Shown here piece by piece: positions 36,330 to 48,736 of a DNA stretch of 64,000 nt. This DNA comes from Macrostomum hystrix. Its lineage: Eukaryota > Animalia > Platyhelminthes. Where the stretch lies: NCBI GenBank assembly GCA_950097015.1, contig CATNEN010000037.1, positions 744,001-808,000 on the forward strand. The letters run 5' to 3'. Each line of letters starts with the position of its first letter. The stretch's first letter is position 1. Position numbers and translations under genes: made by a program. Under the pieces are notes generated by a model, which saw nothing but the letters and a program-made list of their open reading frames with translations, was not told the origin of the DNA and searched no databases.

Positions 36330-37790
36330 TCCCTGTCTCCCATTCTCCCTCTCTGTCTCCTATTCTCCCTCACTGTCTCCCATTCTCCCTCACTGTCTCC
36401 CATTCTCCCTCTCTGTCTCCCATTCTCCCTCTCTGTCTCCCATTCTCCCTCACTGTCTCCCATTCTCCCTCACTATCTCCCATTCTCCCTCACTGTCTCC
36501 CATTCTCCCTCACTGTCTCCCATTCTCCCTCTCTGTCTCTCATTCTCCCTCACTGTCTCCCATTCTCCCTCACTGTCTCCCATTCTCCCTCTCTGTCTCT
36601 CATTCTCCCTCTCTGTCTCCAATTCTCCCTCAGTCTCCAATTCTCCCTCAGTCTCCAATTCTCCCTCACTGTCTCCCATTCTCCCTCTCTGTCTCTCATT
36701 CTCCCTCACTGTCTCCCATTCTCCCTCACTGTCTCCCATTCTCCCTCTCTGTCTCTCATTCTCCCTCTCTGTCTCCAATTCTCCCTCAGTCTCCAATTCT
36801 CCCTCAGTCTCCAATTCTCCCTCACTGTCTCCCATTCTCCCTCTCTGTCTCCCATTCTCCCTCACTGTCTCCAATTCTCCCTCAGTCTCCAATTCTCCCT
36901 CACTGTCTCCAATTCTCCCTCTCTGTCTCCTATTCTCCCTCACTGTCTCCAATTCTCCCTCAGTCTCCAATTCTCCCTCAGTCTCCAATTCTCCCTCACT
37001 GTCTCCCATTCTCCCTCTCTGTCTCCCATTCTCCCTCACTGTCTCCAATTCTCCCTCAGTCTCCAATTCTCCCTCACTGTCTCCCATTCTCCCTCACTGT
37101 CTCCAATTCTCCCTCACTGTCTCCAATTCTCCCTCACTGTCTCCCATTCTCCCTCACTGTCTCCAATTCTCCCTCACTGTCTCCAATTCTCCCTCACTGT
37201 CTCCCATTCTCCCTCTCTGTCTCCCATTCTCCCTCACTGTCTCCAATTCTCCCTCAGTCTCCAATTCTCCCTCACTGTCTCCCATTCTCCCTCACTGTCT
37301 CCCGTTCTTCCTCACTGTCTCCCATTCTCCCTCACTGTCTCCAATTCTCCCTCACTGTCTCCAATTCTCCCTCACTGTCTCCAATTCTCCCTCACTGTCT
37401 CCAATTCTCTCTCACTTTCTCCAATTCTCCCTCACTGTCTCCAATTATCCCTCACTGTCTCCCATTCTCCCTCGCTGTCTCCAATTCTCCCTCACTGTCT
37501 CCAATTCTCCCTCGCTGTCTCCCATTCTCCCTCACTGTCTCCCGTTCTTCCTCACTGTCTCCCATTCTCCCTCACTGTCTCCCATTCTCCCTCACTGTCT
37601 CCCGTTCTTCCTCACTGTCTCCCATTCTCCCCCATGGTCTTCTATTCTCCCTCTCTGTCTCGTATTCTCCCCCACGGTCTCCTATTCTCCCTCTCTGTCT
37701 CGTATTCTTCCCCACTATCTCCTATTCTCCCTCTCTGTCTCGTATTCTCCCCCACGGTCTCCTATTCTCCCTCTCTGTCTCCTATCCTTT
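36330..37790. repeat. 20-bp CT-rich minisatellite (CTGTCTCCCATTCTCCCTCA)
   Basis: Directly visible. Confidence 0.96.
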
Positions 37791-38549
37791 TCATTGTCTC
37801 TATCCCACTCAGTTGCAGGCCTTCCAAAATATGCCTTGAAACATTCCCTGTACTCTCAAATTGTTGCAGCCTTCACTTTGTGAAATTTCCTCATCCAAAA
37901 GTTTCCCATTAAAAAGCCTCCCCGACAACACCTTCGCCTCCCATTTATAATCCAGTCTAGAATCCTTGCTAATGGCTTCCTTTGAATGCATAAGTTTAGG
38001 GGCAACACATTCTGATGCTGGCAATTCTCGGATCCCAATTCATCAAACAGGAAGCTGCATGGGTTCCCCATTCCTTTTTACAGCGCAAAATAGTTGCCAT
38101 TTTAAGGCATTAAATCATTAGCCGTAGGTCAAAACGGCGCCTGACCTCACCCGGAGGTCAAGCCATGCCAGAAGATGGCTGTCAAATCTTCGCGTCTTTA
38201 ATGCCAGCGTGACATTCTAGGAAATGGTCTGGGATTCTAGTTTTCCTGACCAATACGCATTCCTTTTAGTTAAACATCCGTAGGTCACGAGGGTCTGGTT
38301 TTAAGGGTAGGAGTAGCTATTTGACCCCCTGATGCCATTCCAGTTTTTTTTCGTAAAAGCCAAATAGTTAAAAAAAATTCCCCTGAAAACTGGTTGATTA
38401 CGTCACTTCGGTTAGTTTCTTCGAATGAATTCGTCAGAAAAAACACAAATTCAGCTTGTCTAAAAACAAATGTTAAGTTAAATCAACTTCTCTGCCGTTT
38501 GACATCCTCTCGACATTTATCATTTTCCTTTTTGCTACTAACCCCAAGA

Positions 38550-39770
38550 TTCTCCTTCTCCCCCACTCTCTCATTCCGCCCCACTCTCTCCTTCTCCCCC
38601 ACTCTCTCATTCCGCCCCACTCTCTCCTTCTCCCCCACTCTCTCATTCCGCCCCACTCTCTCCTTCTCCCCCACTCTCTCATTCCGCCCCACTCTCTCCT
38701 TCTCCCCCACTCTCTCATTCCGCCCCACTCTCTCCTTCTGCCCCACTCTCTCCTTCTCCCCCACTCTCTCCTTCTGCCCCACTCTCTCCTTCTCCCCCAC
38801 TCTCTCATTCCGCCCCACACTCTCCTTCTCCCACACTCTCTCATTCCGCCCCACTCTCTCCTTCTGCCCCACTCTCTCCTTCTGCCCCACTCTCTCCTTC
38901 TGCCCCACTCTCTCCTTCTGCCCCACTCTCTCATTCTGCCCCACTCTCTCCTTCTGCCCCACTCTCTCCTTCTGCCCCACTCTCTCATTCTGCCCCACTC
39001 TCTCCTTCTGCCCCACTCTCTCCTTCTGCCCCACTCTCTCCTTCTCCCCCACTCTCTCATTCCGCCCCACTCTCTCCTTCTCCCCTCTCTCCCCTTCTCC
39101 CCTCTCTCCCCTTCTCCCCTCTCTCTCCTTCTGCCCCACTCTCTCATTCTGCCCCACTCTCTCCTTCTGCCCCACTCTCTCCTTCTGCCCCACTCTCTCC
39201 TTCTCCCCCACTCTCTCATTCCGCCCCACTCTCTCCTTCTCCCACACTCTCTCATTCCGCCCCACTCTCTCCTTCTGCCCCACTCTCTCATTCTGCCCCA
39301 CTCTCTCCTTCTGCCCCACTCTCTCCTTCTGCCCCACTCTCTCATTCTGCCCCACTCTCTCCTTCTGCCCCACTCTCTCCTTCTGCCCCACTCTCTCCTT
39401 CTCCCCCACTCTCTCATTCCGCCCCACTCTCTCCTTCTCCCCTCTCTCCCCTTCTCCCCTCTCTCCCCTTCTCCCCTCTCTCTCCTTCTGCCCCACTCTC
39501 TCATTCTGCCCCACTCTCTCCTTCTGCCCCACTCTCTCCTTCTGCCCCACTCTCTCCTTCTCCCCCACTCTCTCATTCCGCCCCACTCTCTCCTTCTCCC
39601 CTCTCTCCCCTTCTCCCCTCTCTCCCCTTCTCCCCTCTCTCTCCTTCTCCCACACTCTCTCCTTCTCCCACACTCTCTCCTTCTCCCACACTCTCTCCTT
39701 CTCCCACACTCTCTCCTTCTCCCACACTCTCTCCTTCTCCCACACTCTCTCCTTCTCCCACACTTTCTCC
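38550..39770. repeat. 18-bp CT-rich minisatellite (ACTCTCTCCTTCTGCCCC)
   Basis: Directly visible. Confidence 0.96.
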
Positions 39771-40529
39771 TTACCATCCTCTCACTCATTCCATCCTCTC
39801 ATTATTCCCATCATCCCATTCTTCCTAACCTCCCATTCTTCCTATCCTCACATTATTCTCATCTTTCCATTCCTCCTACCCTCCCATTATTCCCATCCTC
39901 CCATTATTCCCATCCTCCCATTCTTCCTACCCTCCTATTCTTCCCATCCCCCCATTATTCTCATCCTCCCATTCTTCCCATCTTCCCATTCTTCCCATCT
40001 TGCTATTATTCCCATCCTCTCACTCTTCCCTTGTTCTTCTTACTCTTCACTTACTCTTCTGCTTATCGTTCGTCTCACTTTCATCCCAATCGCCATATCG
40101 CGTGCTAAATCCCCTACGACATTCAATCTTGTCCCTGTCTTCAGTCTTCTAAATCCTCATCTCGTTCGTTTAAATTCCCAGGAGCTTGCTTTCTCATTTT
40201 CAATGTGTCCTTTTTTGAAAAAGTTGCACTGACTGCTCCAGGTTCATCTGTCTGCCTTTCGTATGAAGATAGAAAGAGATTATTGAATAAGATTATTCGG
40301 CTGTCAGTAAAATAAAAGTACAAAGTGACCGATTCCAACTATGATATAATAAAGACGCCTAGCAAATCGCCATATGCGTTTGTTTACCGGGAGCCAGACC
40401 AGACGGGACAGTCGTCGCAAGGCCCCAAAAGTACAACCTTAGTTGTTAAAACTATATATACATATATCATTTATTGCTGGGACAAACTAAAGTGCATAGT
40501 TTTGCTAATAATATTTTAATAGTAGAGAT

Positions 40530-41440
40530 CACGGGAGAGATCTCTAGAGACTGAGGAGAGATCCTAGAGACAGGGGAGAGATCTTTAGAGACAGGGGAGA
40601 GATCTCTAGAGACAGGGGAGAGATCTCTAGAGACAGGAGAGAGATCTCTAGAGCCTGAGGAGAGATCCCTAGAGACAGGGGAGAGATTCCTAGAGACAGG
40701 GAAGAGATCCTAGAGACAGGGAAGAGATTCCTAGAGACAGGGAAGAGATCTCTAGAGACTGAGGAGAGATTCCTAGAGACTGAGGAGAGATCTCTAGAGA
40801 CTGAGGAGAGATTCCTAGAGACTGAGGAGAGATTCCTAGAGACAGGGAAGAGATCCTAGAGACAGGGAAGAGATTCCTAGAGACAGGGAAGAGATCTCTA
40901 GAGACTGAGGAGAGATTCCTAGAGACTGAGGAGAGATCTCTAGAGACTGAGGAGAGATTCCTAGAGACTGAGGAGAGATCTCTAGAGACTGAGGAGAGAT
41001 CCTAGAGACTGAGGAGAGATCCTAGAGACAGGGGAGAGATCTCTAGAGACAGGAGAGAGATCTCTAGAGCCTGAGGAGAGATTCCTAGAGACAGGGAAGA
41101 GATTCCTAGAGACAGGGAAGAGATCTCTAGAGACTGAGGTGAGATCTCTAGAGACTGTGTAGTGATCTCTAGAGACTGAGGAGAGATATCTAGAGACTGA
41201 GGTGAGATCTCTAGAGACTGAGGAGAGACCCCTAGAGACTGGGGAGAGATTCCTAGAGACTGAGGAGAGATCCCTAGAGACTGAGGAGAGATCTCTAGAG
41301 AACTGAGGAGAGATCTCTAGAGACTGAGGAGAGATCCCTAGAGACTGAGAAGAGATCTTAAGAAGCTAGGGAGAGATCTATAGAGACTTGGGAGAGATCT
41401 CTAGAGACTGATGAGTTATCTCTAGATACAGGGGAGATAT
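40530..41440. repeat. ~21-bp minisatellite (GAGAGATCTCTAGAGACTGAG)
   Basis: Directly visible. Confidence 0.95.
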
Positions 41441-42029
41441 ATCTATAGACTATAATACACTTCTTTAGACTTAGAAATGAAGGTTATTGCGCATTTTTGC
41501 AATACATTGAAACCGAATAATAAAATGTAGTGCAGCGCCTGACAAGGCGTGCTTCAGTCTCCGGTCGCATCAAGTATTAGCCTCCTCGCCAACTGTTGCA
41601 CAAGGCATATTCTGCAGCTGCACACTAAAACTAAAACAAATCTAATGAAAAGGTTAGAGAATGCATAAATGCGAAATGATAGACTGGCGGTGCTATAGAA
41701 AAATGCTTATACGAGAAAAAAGGCAGGCAGATAGATCAGATGAAGCCAAGCGCTTGTGTGTATATTGTAAAATAATGTGGCCTTAAAAAGCAACACACGC
41801 AATGTCGTTACTTGCTTTGATGAGTACAGCTTGAACAGCCCCGGCCGCTGCAGCTGCTGTTTGTTGTGAGATAACAAACATTTGAATGCCTTGAAAGATT
41901 CTAGGGCCAAGACCTACAGAATTGGACGGGTTTAAACTAGAAATGATAAGACAATTTCTAAAGAGAATCTTTAGACAATAACAACTGGTAGCTTGATGGA
42001 CCGTTCTATAATTAGCTCGTTTTAGGACA

Positions 42030-42100
42030 CAAATTGTTCCATTGGACTCGGGAATCGAACCCTAGACCTTTAACCTAGAACCCTAGACCCTAGACCTTCT
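42030..42100 (-). other. tRNA/SINE B-box remnant (GGTCTAGGGTTCGATTCCCGAGTCCA)
   Basis: B-box consensus present; no A-box or cloverleaf seen. Confidence 0.35.
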
Positions 42101-42813
42101 ATCTTTTTTCGAATCAAAAAATTATAATTTATTTAGTAAAACTTTAGTAGTTCACAAGAAATTTGTTTTTTTCTGGACTATATAAATAAATGTTTGTCAC
42201 CTTAATTGCGAATCAAATGCTGCATTTCGGTATTTGATTTCAATATCGAATTGCGTAGGCATCTCTGTGCTTTGAAGGATGTAGCCTGGATGTTTGCCCG
42301 GCTTCGCATAGAAATCTGTAGAGTTTAGAGAGAATCGCATGCTATTAATTAATGTTTTTTTATATTTTTTTTCTCCGCATGTTTAATCTGTGTGCGTGAG
42401 AGACTGGGGCATGCACTAGATAAGGCCTCCACATGTACACTTCTCTCTCTCCTCCTCTCTCTCCCTCTGTCTCTAACTCTTATTTTAGTATCCAAAAAAC
42501 TAGCTGATAGGCTGGTCCGTCCCACACACTATAAAATTGTGTGTTCGGGCCAACACACATACATATGCTCTCTCTCTCTCTCAGTAAAGAAAAATGCCAA
42601 CAGACACAAAGAAGCAGACGCAACATTCCACAGAGAACAAGAGCAAAGAAAGCTTTTACGTCCAGCGCAGCGGAACGAACCTTCGATCTGGGAGCCGCAA
42701 TAAAATAAGATTGCAATCATTTAAGTTCTTCAATCGCTTGGGCTATTTTTAGAAACGTAGAGCGAATTCATCTAGCATGAAAATGACCTGAATTAGCTGG
42801 ACATTACCGCAGC

Positions 42814-44299
42814 ATGTCTCGCCAGCTGGTATTGCGAATCATCGACTGCCTGGTCTGCTGCTTCTGCTGCCTGGTCGGCTGCTTAGCCAGCGCGCCATGC
42901 GCGGTGTTCCACAGGCCGGCCGAGGGTCCACTTTGGCTTGACTGCCGCATCTTGGAGCTGGCCGAAACAGCCTCAGCCGCTCGGCATGAGTTTGTTGGCA
43001 TTCGCCGGCAGGACGGCCTACTGCACTGGGAGCTGAACCCGCCGTTGCTTAGCAACCAGAGCGTCAACCGCCTCCCAGCTGGCGCATTCAAAGATCTGGA
43101 GCGTCACCTGACTGCCGACGTGGCTCTAGTTCTACGACGGCTTCATCAGCGGAACTTCAGTCTGGAGGCTCTGGCCGATCTGCCCAGCCTGCGGCATCTG
43201 GTGCTGGCTGACTCCAACGTCACCTGCTTGCCCCGCGGGGCGCTCGACCCAGCAGCCGAACTCGTCAGTCTCAGCCTGGAGGACAACCCGAGCCTCGCCT
43301 GCTTGCAGCCGGGAGCTCTGGCCAGCCTGAGCCGGCTGCGACAGCTCCGACTAACCGGCAGTCCCCGACTGCTCAAGCTCGACCCGGGCGTGTTCTGCGG
43401 CCTGCCATCAGCCAGACTGTCGGAGCTCTCGCTTGAACTGTCACCCAGAGCTCAGGCGCCAGCGTCGGCGCTCGCCCGCCTGTCCGGCCTGACGGAGCTT
43501 CGATTGTCGACTTCGACAATGCCAATTCCGTACGATTCAACGACTTCAGAACTTCTGACTTGGCTAGGACGAGTTTCTCTGCCGGCTGTCGGACAGTCGA
43601 CTGCGCCGGCTCCGGCTGAACGGCCTGACCGTGTTTGACCACCTGACCGAGGGGCTGCATTCGACAATTGGCGAATTCTGCGGACCTAAACGCGATCTTG
43701 ACGGCTATTCAACGATTGGGAATGGCACGACGATCGACGCCGACTGTCAAGACGGGTGCAGCGAAGGTTGCCCAACTTCTGCAGCGTCGAGCACGACATC
43801 AACGCCAGATTTCTTCAGGCAAGTTACCACCGCTGAGACGCAACGAATCTGGTGGCAGCAACAGCAACAGCAGCAGCAGCAGCAGCCGCAGCAGCAGCAG
43901 CCTCGATTGGAGCGACCAAATCTAGCGGGCACAATGCTGCTGACAACCAGTGCATTCCTAGCCGGTGTGCTCATCTCCCTGTACTGCTTCCTGATGGCCC
44001 AGAGGCGCCGACGACTACTCGGCAACAAGCTACAGAGGCGGAACTACAGCTGGACCCTGCAGCCGCCTGCGGCGCGGCCCGACCCGGAGGCGCCCCCGGT
44101 GGCCTGCCAGGATCCCATCCAGCTGATTGGATTCAGCAGGCGGCGCAGTTCGATGGACGAGGAAGGCAACGGACAGAAACTGTTGCCGGTGCCAGCTGCT
44201 GTCGACTCCAACATGCTGCTGTCACAGACTGCTGTAGTCTTGGACCGAAGCTCACTAATCAATCAGAATATTCTATTCAAAATTAATTGTCGCTTTTAG
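42814..44299 (+). CDS. Leucine-rich-repeat single-pass membrane protein (~494 aa) interrupted by a +1 frameshift near 43567 (error or pseudogene)
   Basis: ORF1 has a signal-like N-terminus and LRRs (LPSLRHLVLADSNV, LSRLRQLRLTGSP). Removing one G in CTAGGAC joins it to DEFLCRLSDSRLRRLRLNGL, an S/T stalk, polyQ, a TM (LLTTSAFLAGVLISLYCFLMA) and the RRRR stop-transfer. Confidence 0.72.
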
Positions 44300-44934
44300 A
44301 ATCCGATAGTTTTTTTTAGCTTCCTTGGTGAAATGTAGGAATTAATAATTGCGAAGAGAAATTCTAATTTATCTTCGATATTGTGCAATAGTAGGTTCGT
44401 ATGCGCTTTGGAGTATTTATCATAGTTATCATTGCTAATATTACTGTATTACCTATTATAAAATCGATTAAATATAATCCACTTTAAACAACAATAACAG
44501 ACTACCTCTGCAAGATAAAACAAGAAAACTCGATTCGCCTGCTTGTCTTATTTTCATACGAAAAAATAGACTAGATTCTTCAACAGCGACACACCTTAGG
44601 TGCTAATCCGCTAGTCATGTTTGCCTACCATTTACAACCAGTTAGAACTACAATATAACAGAAGACATATGACAAATCTGCACGACAAATTCGGTTTTTT
44701 AACATTGTCAGTTTTTTAAATGTGCATAAAAGTTTATTTTTACGAGGGCACCTCGTAAAAGAGCGAGCTTATAGAGAGATAGCAACCGAAGGGGGTCCAC
44801 GGCACCTGCCAGTCATTCCAAAACTGAGAGAATCAAGATAAGCCCGGGAGAACTATTTGACCACTGATAACAGGGACTCCGATAAATCTTAACAGTGCAC
44901 TACGTGAGTGGGACGGAAATGTAACAGACGAATC

Positions 44935-46930
44935 TGTTGGACATGGCTCTAAACTGTTAGACTTGGCTCTAAGAATGTTAGACATGGCTCTAACCTGTTA
45001 GACATGGCTCTAACCTGTTAGACATGGCTCTAAGAATGTTAGACATGGCTCTAACCTGTTAGAAATGGCTCTAAGAATGTTAGACATGGCTCTAACCTGT
45101 TAGACATGGCTCTAACCTGTTAGACATGGCTCTAAGAATGTTAGACATGGCTCTAACCTGTTAGAAATGGCTCTAAGAATGTTAGACATGGCTCTAACCT
45201 GTTAGACATGGCTCTAAGAATGTTAGACATGGCTCTAACCTGTTAGACATGGCTCTAAGAATGTTAGACATGGCTCTAACCTGTTAGACATGGCTCTAAC
45301 CTGTTAGACATGGCTCTAACCTGTTAGACATGGCTCTAACCTGTTAGACATGGCTCTAAGAATGTTAGACATGGCTCTAACCTGTTAGACATGGCTCAAA
45401 TCTGTTAGACATGGCTCAAACCTGTTAGACATGGCTCAAATCTGTTAGACATGGCTCTAACCTGTTAGTCATGGCTCTAACCTGTTAGACATGGCTCTAA
45501 CCTGTTAGACATGGCTCTAACCTGTTAGACATGGCTCTAACCTGTTAGACATGGCTCTAACCTGTTAGACATGGCTCTAACCTGTTAGACATGGCTCTAA
45601 CCTGTTAGACATGGCTCTAAGAATGTTAGACATGGCTCTAACCTGTTAGACATGGCTCTAACCTGTTAGACATGGCTCTAACCTGTTAGACATGGCTCTA
45701 ACCTGTTAGACATGGCTCTAAGAATGTTAGACATGGCTCTAACCTGTTAGAAATGGCTCTAAGAATGTTAGACATGGCTCAAACCTGTTAGACATGACTT
45801 TTATCCTGTTAGACATGGCTCTAAGCCTGTTAGACATGGCTTTAAGCCTGTTAGACATGCCTCTAACCTGTTAGACATGGCTCTAACCTGTTAGACATGG
45901 CTCTAACCTGTTAGAAATGGCTCTAAGAATGTTAGACATGGCTCTAACCTGTTAGACATGGCTCTAAGAATGTTAGACATGGCTCTAACCTGTTAGACAT
46001 GGCTCTAACCTGTTAGACATGGCTCTAACCTGTTAGACATGGCTCTAACCTGTTAGACATGGCTCTAACCTGTTAGACATGGCTCTAAGAATGTTAGACA
46101 TGGCTCTAACCTGTTAGAAATGGCTCTAAGAATGTTAGACATGGCTCAAACCTGTTAGACATGGCTCAAATCTGTTAGACATGGCTCTAACCTGTTAGTC
46201 ATGGCTCTAACCTGTTAGACATGGCTCTAACCTGTTAGACATGGCTCTAACCTGTTAGACATGGCTCTAAGAATGTTAGACATGGCTCTAACCTGTTAGA
46301 AATGGCTCTAAGAATGTTAGACATGGCTCAAAGCTGTTAGACATGGCTCAAATCTGTTAGACATGGCTATAACCTGTTAGTCATGGCTCTAACCTGTTAG
46401 ACATGGCTCTAACCTGTTAGACATGGCTCTAACCTGTTAGACATGGCTCTAACCTGTTAGACATGGCTCTAAGAATGTTAGACATGGCTCTAACCTGTTA
46501 GAAATGGCTCTAAGAATGTTAGACATGGCTCAAACCTGTTAGACATGGCTCAAATCTGTTAGACATGGCTCTAACCTGTTAGTCATGGCTCTAACCTGTT
46601 AGACATGGCTCTAAGAATGTTAGACATGGCTCTAACCTGTTAGACATGGCTCTAAGAATGTTAGACATGGCTCTAAACCTGTTAGACATGACTTTAATCC
46701 TGTTAGACATGGCTCTAAGCCTGTTAGACATGGCTCTAACCTGTTATACATGGCTTTAATCCTGTTAGACATGGCTTAGAGCCTGTTAGACATGCCGCTA
46801 ACCTGTTAGACATGCATCTAACCTGTTAGACATCCCTTTAAATATGTTATGTTAGAGCCATGTCTAACACATGTTAGATATGCCTCTAACCGGTGTTAGA
46901 TATGCCTCTAACCGGTGTTAGATATGCCTC
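44935..46930. repeat. 20/21-bp minisatellite (CTGTTAGACATGGCTCTAAC), ~1.9 kb, with an inverted unit at ~46850
   Basis: Directly visible. Confidence 0.97.
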
Positions 46931-47509
46931 TAACATGTTAGACAAGACATAATTTTCCGAATTCGGCAAGGCACCAGAAATGAAAAATAAACAAGCCCCA
47001 ATTTTTAATTGAAGACATAAAATATGTTTGATTGACACCAAGATCTTATAATGATTTATTTAGTGCCATTGTCTGTCAAGTGAAAAGAAAACTTCTTCAG
47101 ATAAGGTTAGGCGAACTATGTGCTTTCTCAAAACTGACAAACAATAATGCATTTCAATATGATAAAGTACACAAGTTCACAAAGTTTAACTGGATAAAAC
47201 GAGCAGGTTTAAACATAGGTGCGACAGAGTGTCTGCGGACATCTGGAGTTAGCGGCTAATTCTAGCTAATATTTTGTACTCGTAATGTCGAGAGGAAAAA
47301 ATTATTTTAGACGCAGAACACTTTGCTAAATTATTCATTGAATTAAAAGCAAAAAATAACGCGCATCTTTAAAAGTCCTTTTGAAACAACATTTTTTTCA
47401 TTTCAGGTTCACACAGCAAAGGCACGGGATAACAATTGGTTATAAAGTCACAAGCTAGTCATAACAGCCTATGCTTTTGGGGAGAAAATGGAAATATGAC
47501 AAGAATGAA

Positions 47510-48332
47510 CTGGGATTTTAATATCCTGATCCAATTGGGATTTTAATATCCTGATCCAATTGGGATTTTAATATGCTGATCCAATTGGGATTTTAATATG
47601 CTGATCCAATTGGGATTTAAAAAACCTGATCCACTTGGTATTTTAATATCCTGATCCAATTGGGATTTTAATATCCTGATCCAATTGGTATTTTAATATC
47701 CTGATCCAATTGGGATTTTAATATCCTGATCCAATTGGGATTTTAATATCCTGATCCACTTGGGATTTTAATATCCTGATCCAATTGGGATTTTAATATC
47801 CTGATCCAATTGGGATTTTAATATCCTGATCCAATTGGGATTTTAATATCCTGATCCAATTGGGATTTTAATATCCTGATCCAATTGGGATTATAATATC
47901 CTGATCCAATTGGGATTTTAATATCCTGATCCAATTGGGATTTTAATATCCTGATCCAATTGGGATTTTAATATGCTGATCCAATTGGGATTTTAATATG
48001 CTGATCCAATTGGGATTTTAATATGCTGATCCAATTGGGATTTTAATATCCTGATCCAATTGGGATTTTAATATCCTGATCCAATTGGGATTTTAATATC
48101 CTGATCCAATTGGGATTTTAATATCCTGATCCAATTGGGATTTTAATATCCTGATCCAATTGGGATTTTAATATCCTGATCCAATTGGGATTTTAATATC
48201 CTGATCCAATTGGGATTTTAATATCCTGATCCACTTGGGATTTTAATATCCTGATCCAATTGGGATTTTAATATCCTGATCCAATAGGGATTTTAAAATC
48301 CTGATCCAATAGGGATTTTAATATCCTGATCC
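47510..48332. repeat. 25-bp minisatellite (GGGATTTTAATATCCTGATCCAATT)
   Basis: Directly visible. Confidence 0.97.
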
Positions 48333-48736
48333 CATGGAATCGGTTGTTGGGATTTCAACAGCTCTGTTTTTATTTTTTTATTTATTAATTTCCGTGTTAA
48401 TTGAATTACTCAGTGCAAAGACTATTTTGTCAATACAGAACCGAAAAATCAATGAAATAACATGCAACCTGTCCTGTCCGAATATATTTTTTAAAGAGAG
48501 TTGCTTGACAAAAACTTCAGAAACTTTAAATATCGCGCACATATTTTGGCAATCAAACAAACAGCTACAAACAATACAAATCCATTTTCTGACGCCTGCA
48601 AAAGCCCATTGTGTGCTAGACAAAAGTGAATTATTGAATAACAGAAAATTTCTTTCATTAATCAGCCAAGATGGCAAATCTAAGCGTTAGTTAATATTTC
48701 TACTCAGAAAGCAAAAGTTTGCATTTGTGAATATTT

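Noticed and set aside
43506-43567. Small intron or programmed frameshift repairing the LRR gene
   Set aside because: Nearby GT donors are all phase 2 while the usable AG acceptors need phase 0, and there is no slippery sequence.
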